The notes below the pieces were generated by a model. It ran no database searches. It saw nothing but the letters and a program-made list of their open reading frames with translations, and was not told the DNA's origin. From Selaginella moellendorffii (taxonomy: Eukaryota > Plantae > Lycopodiophyta), in NCBI RefSeq assembly GCF_000143415.4, contig NW_003314359.1, forward strand, positions 525,250 to 589,249: a stretch of 64,000 bases of DNA, read 5' to 3'. Within the stretch, counting starts at the first letter, position 1. The number at the start of each line of letters is the position of its first letter. The position numbers were made by a program, and so were the translations under genes. Positions 12,912-25,576 of this stretch are shown in pieces.

Positions 12912-13600
12912 TCATCTTTGCCAGCACCATTTCCTCCTCCTTTGGAATCTCCTCACCTGGTACGCGTAGCCAAGCACGCCAAACACAATCGCGGCCACGA
13001 AGATGAATCTCAGCACCTTTCTCCTGCTGAGCCCCACGCCTAGAAATCCCAACAGCGGCCTCCCCGGGAGATAGGATCGCAACCGGCTTAGGTGGGAGGA
13101 GCGGGAAGGATGAGGCGACTTGGATCTTCGCCTCGGCCTCCCTCTCTACAAGTTTCTTTCGTTATGCAAACAATGTGTCGAGGTTTTCTCTTCTTACCCT
13201 TTTCCTCTCGGGAGCTGGCTTGGGTGGCGTCTCGGTGGCGACTTGGACATGCCGGTGGCCTCCTCCGAGCTCTGCGTGTTTTTGCAGAGCCATGCCCAGA
13301 TAGTACTCCTTGAGCTGGTTCTGCAAGTTAGACATGGCAATGGGGGATCATACATCGATTGAATCTCAATGCTTGACGAAAGAGGAAGGATTTGAAAGCT
13401 TGGAGTGGATTCTAGGAAAAAGAAGAGGAGGACAAGAGCGAGGGAGAGATTTACGCTACCTTTGGAGGCAATTCCACCTTGTGTTGCTGGAGCCATCGAA
13501 TCAAGTCCGTCTTCTTCATGCTCATGAGGCGCTTCTCGGTCACGGCCGACGGAGAGGTGAGCTTCTCCTCCCCAGCGGATCGATTTGGAACAATCCTCAT
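12912..13600 (-). CDS. Small 165-aa protein: LEM-like/HeH helix pair, basic region, C-terminal transmembrane helix (candidate inner nuclear membrane protein)
   Basis: Three in-frame exons 13600-13460, 13320-13198, 13145-12912 with phase-0 GT-AG introns of 139 and 52 nt. Translation MRIVPN..MKKTDLIRWLQQHKVELPPK/NQLKEYYLGMALQKHAEL..RKR/RGRPRRRSKS..VLRFIFVAAIVFGVLGYAYQVRRF..WQR*. Confidence 0.75.
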
Positions 13601-13789
13601 CGCCCTTCGCTTTTTTTTCCCCTCTTCCCGGGAAAAAGAAAATCAAACAGTTACGAAAGTTAGCCTCGCACCACAAGAGTCTCGAACCCAAATCCAGTTT
13701 CAAAAAGAAAAAAAATAAAATTTGGCAGAGCACAAAAATTTGGTTCAGTCAGGAAGATCGTGAAGATGGTCACTGGATGATCGTGATCG

Positions 13790-16298
13790 CTATGCTGGAT
13801 AGTTCTCGGCGGAGGTAACCAGGGGGCAAAACATGTTGAGAGAGTCGCAGCCCAGGACGTCCTTGTACTCCCTGTGGATCCAAAACTGGTCATAGACTTC
13901 GCCATCGCGGCTCTTCTTGTACTCGAACAGCAGCGACGAGCGATTGAACGAGGTGAGCTTGGTGTAGCCAAAGTCGCAGTCCTGATTCAAGCTCCACGAT
14001 GGCTTGCTCTCCGGGAACTGGCTCAGCCAAAACCCGCCGCCTCCCGCAACTACGTGAATGGTCCCGTTGAAAGTCCCGGAGTAGAAATCTTTCTCGTCAC
14101 TGGCAAGAACTTGCTGCACGATGGAGAAGCGCCAAGTATGAGAGAAGATCCAGCTATGGACAAAAACACGAAAGCACTCACGTTATAGAGTGGATAGGTG
14201 CGCTCGTAGTTGTGGATGTGGCCGTAGAAGGCGAGGTCCACCTTGTGCTTTTGCCACAGCTTCTCCAAGCTGTCCCTGCCGAATGGCTCGCCGGTGGTGT
14301 TCTCGGGAGCGTAGCACGACGAGTAGCCGAGGACGCGGTGAGAGATGAATACCAGCCACGGCTGCTTCTGCCTGTCCGCGCTCCGGAAGCAATTCTCGAG
14401 GAACTCGTACTGCTCCGTGCCGTCGCGCCAGTCGTGCTCCGAGTCGGCGATGCAGAAGCGGAAGAGACCATAGTCGGTTTTATACCTTGCAAGGAAAAAA
14501 AAAAACAACAAAACTGTGAATCAGCTAGCTTTCTCTCGACTTTAGAACTACAAACCAGAATTTGTCCCTGTTTTGCACGGGCATGTTGAACACGGTTGAT
14601 GAAACAACACCACACTCGCCTCCCGAGTCGGTGCTGTTGTAGAAAGAGCCAGTGTTTGGCCAATCTCGCTCATGGTTTCCACTGATTTGAGCAAACTTTA
14701 GATCGACAAAAGAGAAAGAAGAATGTAAAATACCTGACTGTCATGTAAGGAACTTTGGAAGACAAATTCTCAATCTGCTCCGTGAACTGATCCCACTCGG
14801 AGAGATATCCAGTTGCGTAGGATATGTCGCCAATGTGGAAGACAATGTCGATGTCGTTTATTTCGTTGTTAAGTGCGTCAGTTGTGTTCAAAGACCCCGG
14901 CTCAAAATCGAAGTACGTTCTCGATCCATCTCGCTGGTGCTGTTGAATTCGCACAAGTTGGTTTTGTAAGGATTTTTTTACAAAAAAAAAAGGAAGAAAG
15001 AGAAAACAAAAAACTTGTACCGTGCCCATATCACCGAATATCACAACTCGTTGCAAGGATTCTTGGCCAGGAAATGGGGGTGAATGAAAGTACATCTTTG
15101 GGCTCATGACAAACGAGGCATCCTGCAGCCTGTGACCAACTTGGAAGCTATACCTGCAGCGAAAAAAGAAAACACAAGAATGTTAAACTCGATGCATGTG
15201 ATAAACTTACCTTGTGGTTGGCCATAAGTCCGTCATAATCCCAGTATGGATCTGCCCAGGGTCTCGCCATCCGATTGTGGATGCCGGAGCTCCTTCAAAA
15301 CAACTGTTGGTTAAAAACAAAAAAAGAACTCCATAGCTAAACCAACATACCACACATATCTCCACGACTCACTGACAGCGTGGTGGCCGGATGAGCAACA
15401 AAGGAATACTTGTCATCGTACACCTGCCATGTTATAAATGGAGCTGCCTCGCTGGGAAGGTAATTGCTCGTCCAAGTCACAGTCATCTGTGAGATCCTAG
15501 AGCTTCTTTGTTTGATATAACAGGATCAAGCGATGACAATTTACCTCGTTCCAAGCCCTTCCCTGAGCTAGCCTCGGGTACAAAGGCATCTTCAAGTCGT
15601 CAAAGGTGACCACGTTAGACACGGCGATCAGCACCGGCTGCTCAGTCGGAGGAGTTACAGATGTTAGATAGAGAGCTGCGATCATCTTACCTCCGCAAAG
15701 CCGGAGAACAAACCAAAAGAAAAGTTTGCGCGCTGGTTGATGAGACGGAACGTGAGCTGTCCACTGCCGCTGCTCACGTAGTCTTGCGACTGGTTTGCGT
15801 ACTGAAACTGAAAGGACAAAACCGAAAGGTATTACGTCTAATGAGTGACACCAAGAAGTAGTAGTACCTTGATGGGAGCGCTGCAGATGTAAGGTCCCCA
15901 AGCGGGTATTCTTGTCTTGACCACGCAGACGGAGGAGCTGCGAGCGATCAAAACCAAAGTAGAAGAAAACTCTTTTCAGTGTGAAGATCATACTTGAATA
16001 CTGGTGGTGAGAAGACACCGATCCAGTCCTGGTCGCTCGCTCCAGAGGCCCTCTGGAATTGCACAAGGACGTTTCCAGCATGTTCTTTCTGAGGGACAGT
16101 AAAAGGAAGAATCAGTGTCCGTGAAACCACAAATTTTGCTACCTCCTTGCCAAGCACATCGGGAGAAGCTCGCACAGACGAAGAGTTGTCAATGTTTATC
16201 ACGGCGCGATCAATCGGCAGTCTCGAAGGCAAAGAATGCTGCTGCGAGAGCAACACCAAGGAGCAAAAGTTAACAACAATGAAGAATATGATTTTCAT
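13790..16298 (-). CDS. Purple acid phosphatase, large nucleotide pyrophosphatase/phosphodiesterase type (PAP1/24/27-like)
   Basis: Signal peptide MKIIFF, DWIGVFSP, PLYPRLAQG, GWRDPG; metal motifs GDMG, GDISY, GNHE, HRVLGYS, GHIHNYER; multiple short GT-AG introns. Confidence 0.93.
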
Positions 16299-17041
16299 TG
16301 TCGCGCAATTCCTACTGCAGCAATGCCCTGATATATATTTACGATGAAATGCCTTAGAATGCATATTTCCTGTCTAGATTAGAAAATGCGCTTTCTTCTA
16401 ATAATAACTCGTAAGAAACCTGTTTGTAGATTTTCCAACGCTTGAAACACTAGCTCTTACGAGCCACTTTTGCAATTCTGAGAAATAAAAACGGTTACCA
16501 GGCAATTGACCCAGCAAAACACAAACCATTACAAGTTTTGCGCTCCGAGAAAACGATGCTAGCTAGCAAGAAAAAAGAAAAGCAAAGAAACAGAACCAAT
16601 CCAGAAACAACGAGGGAAACCTTAGGTACATTTCTACGGATATGAGGCATCACCCTGTTTTCTAGCAGAGACCGCTATGCCCGTGTTGTCGACTTTTCTC
16701 GATTGTGTCAGCTCCAAAGGTCGAGGATCGCTTCCGGAGGTCTACGGCTGCGTGAGAGGTGAGCTCGCAGACGAAGCCACAAGCGAACTAAGAACGAAGA
16801 CAACCAGCGCGCAAGAAGCGCATTCAAGCTGCAGAACCTTGCGTTTCGTGAGATCCCAGAAAACACGAAGAAACTTACAAACACTGGATGGACAATTCGG
16901 GTACGAGCTCTCGCCTAGTTGATCATGAGCACGTAAAACGCGAGGTCCACCCTGTGCCATTTGCCAGAGCTTCTCACGAGAAAGGAGAAAAAAAGAAAGA
17001 ATCCAAAGCAGTGCTAACCAACAAGCAAATAGTAGGCTTTG

Positions 17042-19243
17042 CTAGATGCTAGACAACAAAACGTAAGGCGACGTAGTACCTGGTCCCAAGCGCACGGCAT
17101 TCTGTGCGATGCTAGCGGCGAGCTCCTTGTTGCCATGGATCCGGCACGCTCCCAGCAATCCCACCCAGTCGTGGAGATCCGGCTCCAAAGGCATGCTCTC
17201 CATCAAATCCCTGGCATCCGCCAGGTACCCGGCGCGGCCGAGCACTCCGATCACGCATCCATACTGCTGCTTCTTGGGCCTCCAGCCGTGATCCACGCTC
17301 ATCGCGCGCAAGCATCGCACAGCCGATTGGAGATTCCCGCCGTGGGCGTGCGCCGCCAGCACGCACGCGAACGTCGTCTCGTCCGCCCCGGCGCCCGCCA
17401 TCGCCATTCCCAGGAAATAGGGCGCAAGAAGCTCCACGCTGGAAGAATGTGCCGCCAGCATGGCGTTCCACGAGACCACGTTCCGCGCTGGCATCGCGTG
17501 GAACGTCCGCGTGGCGGACGCCAGGTGCCCGTTTCGGGCATATGCGCACAGCATGGCATTCCACGCCACCATTTCTCTTCCTGGCATTGAGTGGAACAAC
17601 GCCACCGCGCTTCCCAGGTCGCTGTTTTGGGAAAACCCAGTCAGCATGGCTGTCCATGCGACAACGTCCACGTCAGGCATTGCGTGGAAGAGTTCCACGG
17701 CCTTGTCAAGATGCCCTGTCCCGGCATATGCTGCGAGCATCATTGTCCACGCGACGCGATCGCGCGGTCCGGGAATCTTCTCAAAGAGGTCTTGGGCTTG
17801 GGCGATTTGGGATGCCTGGATCATCGCGGAAAGCACCGTGGTCCACGACGCGAGATCTTTGCTGGGCATTTTAGAGAACAATCTCTTCGCCTCTTGAAAT
17901 TTCCCTTCTTGGGCACTTGCCGCTAGGAGCGCATTCCAGGAGAAAAGATTGTGGGCTTTCATTCGATCAAAGAGAGATTTCGTTTCTTCGATCCCCCGCA
18001 CCGCCGCCGCCGCCGCCGTGAGCATTGCATTAAACGAGATCATGTTGTGACAGGGCATCGCGTCCTCGAAGAACTCCCTGGCGCGATCGTAGCCCCCATT
18101 TTGAGCAATCGCCGAGAGCATCGCGTTCCATGACACAATGTCCCTCTCCTCCATGGAATCAAAGAGCCTCTGCGCGTCATCCAGGCGCTCTTCCTGCGCG
18201 ATTGCCGAGAGGAGCGAGTTCCACAAGATGAGATCGCGCTGGGGGGCGGATTCGAACACCCGCCTGGCCTCGTCCACATGCCCACTGGCGGCGATCACTG
18301 CCGTCCACGTGCCAAGATCCCGCTCGGGCATCCGCTCAAAGAGCTCGCGCGCTCGCTCGGCAGTCCCACGGCGTGCGTACGCATTGAGCAGCGTGTTGTA
18401 GGTAATTAGGTTTCGCGCATTCATTCCACGGAAGAGGGCGAGCTCGTGATCGATCCACCCGGCCTCGCCCAGCGCTCCGAGCATGACGTTGCCCGTCACG
18501 AGATTTCTCTCGGGCATGGCGTCAAAGAGCGCGATTGCGGATTTGAGGCGGTCGTTCTGCGCTAGCGCCGAGAGCATCGAGTTCCAGGATACGAGATCTT
18601 GCAGCGGCATAGCGGTAAAGATTCTCACGGATTCGTGCAAATGCCTGTTATCGGCATATGCAGCTAGCATTGCGTTCCAGGTCGCGATGTCCCTGTGAAG
18701 CATAAGATTAAATATATCTCTTGCTTCCTTCACGTTTCCATATCTCCCAAGAACTGCGATGATTGCTGTGCTAGAGAAAGAGTCCGTGAAAGGCATCTGG
18801 AAATATATTCTTATTGCCCCGTCAAGATCCCCTATTCGGGTATATGCCGCAAGCATAGTGGTCAGTGAAATGATTCCCTGTTCGGGCATAGCATCAAACA
18901 CCATTTTCGCATCATCCATTCTTGCAAACTTGAGAAACGCGGTGAGAATGCTAGTCCAAGAGACAAGATCACGGTCTGGCATGGAATCAAACACCAGCTT
19001 GGCCTCGCGAATATACCCGTTTCCGGCATATGCCGAGAGCATCAAGTTCCACGAGAAGATGTCCTTGGCGTCAATGGCATCAAACACGCGCCGAGCGTGA
19101 TCGATGCCGCCGCACCTTCCATACATTTGGATGAGGAGGTTAGAAACAAAGACGCTTGGGGGCGAGTCCGCAAGAGAGCAATGTAGTTTCTTCGCATCCG
19201 CTAGAGTTTTACATGACTTAATATTTGAGATCAAAGTGCTCAT
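17042..19243 (-). CDS. PLS-class PPR protein dominated by short ~31-aa repeats, ending in an E domain (no DYW)
   Basis: 733-aa intronless ORF with repeated FxxMPxRDxVSWNAML motifs and an E domain LLGACRIHG..PYVLLSSI. Confidence 0.93.
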   Translation of the reverse strand: MSTLISNIKSCKTLADAKKLHCSLADSPPSVFVSNLLIQMYGRCGGIDHARRVFDAIDAKDIFSWNLMLSAYAGNGYIREAKLVFDSMPDRDLVSWTSILTAFLKFARMDDAKMVFDAMPEQGIISLTTMLAAYTRIGDLDGAIRIYFQMPFTDSFSSTAIIAVLGRYGNVKEARDIFNLMLHRDIATWNAMLAAYADNRHLHESVRIFTAMPLQDLVSWNSMLSALAQNDRLKSAIALFDAMPERNLVTGNVMLGALGEAGWIDHELALFRGMNARNLITYNTLLNAYARRGTAERARELFERMPERDLGTWTAVIAASGHVDEARRVFESAPQRDLILWNSLLSAIAQEERLDDAQRLFDSMEERDIVSWNAMLSAIAQNGGYDRAREFFEDAMPCHNMISFNAMLTAAAAAVRGIEETKSLFDRMKAHNLFSWNALLAASAQEGKFQEAKRLFSKMPSKDLASWTTVLSAMIQASQIAQAQDLFEKIPGPRDRVAWTMMLAAYAGTGHLDKAVELFHAMPDVDVVAWTAMLTGFSQNSDLGSAVALFHSMPGREMVAWNAMLCAYARNGHLASATRTFHAMPARNVVSWNAMLAAHSSSVELLAPYFLGMAMAGAGADETTFACVLAAHAHGGNLQSAVRCLRAMSVDHGWRPKKQQYGCVIGVLGRAGYLADARDLMESMPLEPDLHDWVGLLGACRIHGNKELAASIAQNAVRLGPGTTSPYVLLSSI

Positions 19244-19329
19244 ATTCTAACATGGTAGGAATGTCCAAAGTGTTCATATTCTAACATGGCTTTGCTTATG
19301 ACTTTCAGCGAAAAGAAAAGAATTAGATG

Positions 19330-21360
19330 TTACCTCAAGTCGACTATATCGAATCTTAAGCTGGGATTCATGTAGACATGGGAACAGTGATCGTATATGG
19401 AGCCTCCGTTGGCCGGCTCGTCGTGTGGATGAAATCCTCGTTGGTCGCACTGCTGGATAGCTTCCATGCCGCCAGGCTCGGACAGCCGAAAAATGCCGAA
19501 GGACCTGGACGCGAAGGAAGGTAAGAAACAGGTAGAAAAAACGAGAGGAAAACCAAGACCTTTCTTCGTCGGTGGGAGCCATGACGATCGCAATTGCCTC
19601 CTGCAGCATTACCTGCGCAAAAGAGCTTGCGATGAGCAGCCCGAAAACGCGAGTGTCTAGTACCTGGTAGGAGTAGTGCGTGTGAAGATCTATTGACGAC
19701 ATAAAACACGTTTGCGTTGGATGCGTCTGCGAAATGAAACATGGTTACAATCGTACATTCTAATCTCTGGCGCACTTACGTGTATCCATCCAAGCTGGAA
19801 TAGATTCCGTTTGTCTTGAACTTCGAATAGTTCCTCCTCGTTGACCGTTTGGCACTGCCAAGAAAAGCTCTAAACGAGTAGCCACAAAATCGTGAAGGCA
19901 TACCGAATCTGACGTCGCTTCCTGCTTCGGGATAATCAGAGTTGTCACAGAGAACATACCCTTTTCCTGTAAAGTTACGGGTTCAAGTTAGCCACCACAA
20001 AGAAAAATTGGAGATCTTACAAGAAAACCGGCCAGGACTCCGCAGGTTTCCAAATTCTTTTGCGTATTGTGACGAGCTAGTGCAAGGAACTCCTCCATCA
20101 TAGTTGGAGACTGCAAATATATGGTTTAGTCCCCACACTAAAAATGAAAAAGTAAAAAGAATACTCACAACGTATAAGTGCTTTGGTCCCTTTTCATTGG
20201 AAACCTTGGGAGACCCTGGTCTTGGATCAGCCACTGTAGTGGGCGGCAAGCATTGAACGTTTTGTACAGGAACCGGAACGGGAGGAGGAGCGAGCTGATT
20301 AACAAGACTGTACTGAGGTGGTAAGGCTGTTGGTTCTGACGAAGACACAGAGAAGGAGTTCTGGTCAAAACTTTGCAAAAAGAATGAAAAAATATCAGTA
20401 TACAAGAACGGTGCCGACCGAAAGCTACAGACCTTGGGATCTCGATATGCGATACATCAATATAGCTTGGATACGTCACCTTGTAGAAACAGATAAGAAT
20501 GATTCAGCGTCGTGACCTCGAATTTACTAAATGCTTACTTTGATAGGTTGCTCCATCGGTTTCCTGCTCGGCAACGTAAAATAAGAATGTCTAGAGAGTG
20601 TCTCATCTCTTGGCCTCGCAGTTCTGAAAATTCAAAGCTTGGAAGATCGTCCCTACATTAGCTTAGCTTACCCTTGCCATGTGTTTTGCCAGTTAGTCTG
20701 GGGACTGGTTTGCCATCTATTCTTTGCAGGATTGGGATCGTACTTATTGTACTCAAGAGACGCATTTCTCTGCACATAAAGTTCGTAGACAAATCAAACT
20801 CTCAGAACTACGCACAGTCGTACCTTCACCGGGAAAGGAGCTTCCAAAGCTTTCTTGACAAGAGGCTTCAAGCTTTCCAGCTCGGCCAGCGCTTCCAAAA
20901 CCCTCTGCAAAGAAAAAAGAAATCAACTTCGCATAGAGTCGCCTCAACAAAAAAGCAAAGCAGCAGCAGGAGCTGCAAGACGCAATCGCTCAGTACCTGC
21001 CGGAGAAGAGCCTTCTGTGAATCCGAAAAGCGCTTGTACTCATTGTGAGCTGGGATCGTGTCGATCACCAAGCTGAAACCAATGACATCTGGAGTATGCG
21101 TAAAGCGAGCCTTTAAAAAGAATCAAGAGGAGGCGCAAACCTTGTGAATCTCAGCAGGAGGATGTAGAGCTCGAGCACATTCTTCTCGCTCCTATAGATT
21201 CTCGCCTAGAAAGAACCAAATCCAATCGATCCCTTACTGCCCGATTAGACGAACCCTACCAGCATACCTGGCGCAGCAGATTATCGGCGATCCTGTAGTA
21301 GTGCCGCAGCGGCAGGCGCTGATTCACCTCCAGCTTGGGCGCGCTCTCCGCGATATTCAT
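19330..21360 (-). CDS. AMSH: AMSH-like JAMM/MPN+ deubiquitinase
   Basis: N-terminal USP8/MIT-like [14 protein letters not shown]; [10 protein letters not shown]; [13 protein letters not shown]; JAMM motif [25 protein letters not shown]; multi-exon with short introns. Confidence 0.93.
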
Positions 21361-21480
21361 CGCTCTCCCCCCTCAAACCTTAGGGCTACCCTGTTCTTTT
21401 TGCCCTTGATAGACCGTTGACCAAAAGCGTGGACCGTTGACGTTGACCTCCTCGTTGACCGTGTTCTGTCTTTGTTTTTT

Positions 21481-21507
21481 TGTGTGTGTATGTGTGTGTG
21501 TGTGTGC
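21481..21507. repeat. (TG)n microsatellite
   Basis: Interrupted TG run read directly. Confidence 0.85.
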
Positions 21508-23389
21508 CTTCTGCCACACAAGTCCTCGAAGCGTGTGTTTGGCTATGGTGTGGACCTGAGCTCCACCACCACTGCTGCGCCACTGCCACCACCTCCACCA
21601 ACGCATGACATCAACCATCCAACCACAGCCCTCAAGCCAAGGGATAGCACAGATCCAAATCCAACCATGGAGGTAAGAATTCTTTTAGGAAATTTTTTTT
21701 GGGGGAATCTCTCCTCCAGTCTTCGTCTTGCCTTGCCTAGAGCAGAGTGATTTCATGGGCAAAAGTTTGAATTTGATTCCATAAAAGAATAATACTTGAA
21801 AATATGGAATAACTTTTGCTGTTGAGATTCAAGAGAGGTGGCTGGTTTCTAGCCTTCCACAAGCGGCCAAGCGACTTGACATCTTCGAATTTCAATCAGG
21901 TTGCAAACAAGTACCTTGTCTCAGTGGAGAGGCGTGGTGGCCTGCGATTTCATCCATCTCTTCAGTTAAGCTACTATATGATCAAGAAGATTTCAATATT
22001 AGTTTGGACTTGGCTATCACCTCTCGCACTCCCCACCTTTTCTCTTCTGGTAGTTGGGAGAAGCAGGAGAGATTTTTCGATTTTGAGATTCATCACCCAT
22101 CTTTTGAGCTGGTTTTGCTTGTCTCCTTATAACAACATGCTGTCAAAGGCGTACTGGCAGCTTATGTATATTTTAAAATCCATTTGACGCGTAGATTTTA
22201 TATACACGTATATATAATTGATATATATAGTATCTCTGTACCCAAGCAGCAGCAGCAGCAGCACGATGCTACACACAAAAGCCTCGATACATTTCATCGG
22301 CATAGGATGCCAAAAGAGAATTTTTCTAAAAGGAGAGCCAGCGCTGGCTGGCGGAGCAGCGAAGATTGCAATGTCTTTTGATCTCTTATCCGGAGATAGA
22401 AGAGGATCAAAGAGATCCTCCGCTATATACTTGGCCTGACGCAGCTTGGCTGGCCCAATTTTTACCTGGACCCATATTCTCCCTCCTAACTATCACATAT
22501 GATGCACCGAAAATATATTATACAATATATAGCCAGACAAAACCATATGATTTGCTTTGCGATTGCTCTGTCTTAAGCTTTGCATGCACGCACAAATGCC
22601 AAAGGCTAGACTCCAAACTCTGGATGCCTCAGTTGTTATCACAACTTACAACTTGTGCCATGCGTTTTCCTCTCTGGAGGGCGATGGAGCTATACAGACA
22701 AGCATGACGTGACCAAGGGACGCAAGGTGTGTGCGTCTTGTGTTCTTGTTCTTAATCCCGAAGAAAGTGACACCCTGCTGATTAACTGCCTCCTGATCCA
22801 CACGCTGATCCCACGCTGGTGGTGTCTGGCCCCTGTGGGGATCCCTGGTGTTTCTGGGATCTCTGATTCCTGTTGATCTCTCGCTCTCTCCGCCAGTCTC
22901 TCTTTGGCCTCCTCCTCGCTGATCATAACTTTTGTTTCAGCTGTGCCCAGTCTGCAGCGGGGGCGGTGGTGGTGCTGGTGTTTGTTGTTAACAGCCTGCC
23001 AAGATCGCATTAACTCGAGGAGATCGTTGTTTGCATCTCGGCTCTCACAGCTCCATGCCGCTGTCCGGGGCCATCGCGGCCGTCGAGCATCCGACGCCCA
23101 GAATGGCCTCCGGCCCCTGCGTGTAGCCCTGTCCGCCTCACGAGAAAAAGCTGCAGCGCTTGCATATAATACATGTAGCACCTGATCAAAGCTGGAAGTA
23201 AATGAAAACCGAGTGGCCATGCTCTATAGTGTGGAATATTTGCAGGCAAGCGTACCGCACGGTGAAGTCGCGAAGTAAATAGGCTCTTGATCGTGATTGA
23301 TTTGCTCTTTTCTACCAGCTAGAATGTACATCAACTCTCTCCATAATCAAACAAAAGAAAGGGGATTCTTTTTTTTTTCCTTCTCTCTT

Positions 23390-25576
23390 TCACCTCGACG
23401 ACGCCATGGGCTGCAAGCTCTTGGACAAGCCCGCGATTCGCATGGTCGCGCAGCCCAGGCAGCCCAGCAGGCCCTGCTTGTATGGGAGGAAGGTTTTGCG
23501 GCGCATCTCCTCGGAATTTACCCGCTGCTGGGACTTGTAGTGGAGCTCGTGGAGGGATATGCCTCCGCCACCTTGCGCCGCCGCCGCCGCCGACGACGAC
23601 GAGGAGGAAACGTTGGTGGTGCCGCCGAGGATGTTGCCGCTGCTGCTGCTGTTGATGCTGTTGTTGCGGCTCCGCCGGGGGCTGACGTTCCGGGACGAGC
23701 ATGCACTGGACGCTGCCGAGTTTGAGTAGTAGAACTGATCGCCGCCACCTTTGCTGTGGAGATTGAGATCGGTGAATCTCGCGGATTGGAAGTCCATACC
23801 ACCACCGCCAAGTTTGCCACCCACGATCGGCCCACTGTGAAACATTGATCCCCCGCGACCGCCACCTTGCCCTCCTCGCCGGTGCGCTACGTGATAGTTG
23901 AGCCGCTTGTTCTTGATCGTCGCGTCCGGCAGCCGGCCCTTGTGCGGCCTTGCGGCCATGGCGGGGAACTCCGCCTCGGGGACGATGGATCCGCTGTGCA
24001 ATCGCCTCGCGGAGCTGTAGTAGCCGCCGGTGGATCCTCCACTGTGCTGGAGGTCGAGGCTGTGGAGTCTCTTCTTGTGGATGGCGATTCCCTGGAGATT
24101 CCCCGATGCCGAGGACGAGGACGGCGTCTTCCGTGCGGCGCTCGCGGCGGTGAATCGCTTGCTGTGATCGCCCACCAAGGATTTCTCCACCAGCCTCTTG
24201 GTGAGAGCCGAGGAGTCGAGCTTCTTGCCGAGGGGCTTGCTCGGAGGAACCGGCAAAGATGGCGGAGGTGGTGGCGGAGTCGAATCCTTGGCCTCCTTGG
24301 ACTCCTTCGCTGTGGATTCTGCGCCTTGGATGGTTTTCTTGCCCTCCTCTGCCTTGGAAGAGCTCGGCCCCGGCTTGTTCTTCTTGTGCATGCTACTCAG
24401 GTGGAGCAATTCCCTCAGCGTCCGACCTTTGGAGGAAGTTCTCGCGGGCCGGGGGATCTGGTGATCGCCGGAGGAGGACGAAGAGGAATTGGAGGTGGCG
24501 AGCGATGGCGAGGAGGAATTGGAGGAGGCGGGCCGGCCCATCATGAGCATCATGGACTGGTACTTCTTGAGCAGCTGGAGCGGCGAGAGGGACCGCGGGG
24601 GTCCCCGGCTGGCCGTGGAGTCCGACGTGGCGGAGGCCGAGATGGAGGAGGAGTCCGAGATGGAGCCCGACTTGATCATGGTGGCGCCGCACAGGCTGCC
24701 CATCACCGCGGATTTCATCCGCCCGGGCGACGCGGATCCGCCGGCCTTGCGCGCGGATCTGGGCGACGGCGGCGCCGCGGCGGAGGAGGAGGAGCAGTGG
24801 TCGCTGGAATCCGTGGAGGCGATGGTGTTGGAGGAGCCGCTCGAGTCCGAGGAGGTGAGCTGGGGCGGCGGGATCTTCATGGGCAGGAGCTGGCCCTTGA
24901 AGAAGAGCTCGTCGGCGGAGGACATCTGGGCGGAGATCGTGGAGTCGGAGTCGGACATCCGGCTGGACGAGAACTCGAAATCCGAGTCGGCATTGAAGAA
25001 CCCTAGCGCTGGCGATGGATCCCGCGACGCCGCCGCATTGGCTCCAAAGATCATCTTGGGCGTGCCCGGCATCTCGTCCCAGATCCCGCCGCCCTTGCCC
25101 GACCGATCCTTGTTCCGCCGGTCCGGGCTCGTGGGCGCGCTGAAGTAGAAGCCCGCCACGCCCCCCATCTCCGCGTCCTCCATCATCGCCTCCTCCTCCT
25201 CCTCTTCCTCGCGGCGGCGCTCTCCGACAAGAACACTGGGCAGCGCCGCCACCACGCCGCCGCCGGATCCGCCACCGCCGCCGCCGCCGCCGCCGCCATC
25301 GAATCGCGAGTGGAACTGGAACTCACATTCCGTGAAGCTGAATCCGCGCTGGTGGTGGTGCTCCGGATTGGCGGCAGCGTGGAGCTTGTGATCGCGCGGC
25401 GGGCTGGACGGCGCCGAGAAGTAGTAGTAGAGGCTGTTCTTGCTCGTTGTCCCGGTGTTCTTGGCGGTGGTGATCTTGAGCGCGCTGGTGGTGCCACTCC
25501 TGCTGGGGCTGGATGGCGCGCTCACGAATGGAGTGGAGCAAGAGCTCCCGGCCTCGCTCTCGCAGTGATAGAACAT
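23390..25576 (-). CDS. Ser-rich DUF1645-type plant protein, intronless
   Basis: [39 protein letters not shown] and C-terminal [25 protein letters not shown]. Confidence 0.82.
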   Translation of the reverse strand: MFYHCESEAGSSCSTPFVSAPSSPSRSGTTSALKITTAKNTGTTSKNSLYYYFSAPSSPPRDHKLHAAANPEHHHQRGFSFTECEFQFHSRFDGGGGGGGGGGSGGGVVAALPSVLVGERRREEEEEEEAMMEDAEMGGVAGFYFSAPTSPDRRNKDRSGKGGGIWDEMPGTPKMIFGANAAASRDPSPALGFFNADSDFEFSSSRMSDSDSTISAQMSSADELFFKGQLLPMKIPPPQLTSSDSSGSSNTIASTDSSDHCSSSSAAAPPSPRSARKAGGSASPGRMKSAVMGSLCGATMIKSGSISDSSSISASATSDSTASRGPPRSLSPLQLLKKYQSMMLMMGRPASSNSSSPSLATSNSSSSSSGDHQIPRPARTSSKGRTLRELLHLSSMHKKNKPGPSSSKAEEGKKTIQGAESTAKESKEAKDSTPPPPPPSLPVPPSKPLGKKLDSSALTKRLVEKSLVGDHSKRFTAASAARKTPSSSSASGNLQGIAIHKKRLHSLDLQHSGGSTGGYYSSARRLHSGSIVPEAEFPAMAARPHKGRLPDATIKNKRLNYHVAHRRGGQGGGRGGSMFHSGPIVGGKLGGGGMDFQSARFTDLNLHSKGGGDQFYYSNSAASSACSSRNVSPRRSRNNSINSSSSGNILGGTTNVSSSSSSAAAAAQGGGGISLHELHYKSQQRVNSEEMRRKTFLPYKQGLLGCLGCATMRIAGLSKSLQPMASSR

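Noticed and set aside
22690-23220. 176-aa minus-strand ORF
   Set aside because: No recognisable domain or splice support; may be the 3' region of the upstream gene. Not fully excluded.
23867-25148. Long antisense ORFs (379 and 219 aa) over the DUF1645-type gene
   Set aside because: Expected shadow ORFs of GC-rich, low-complexity coding sequence.
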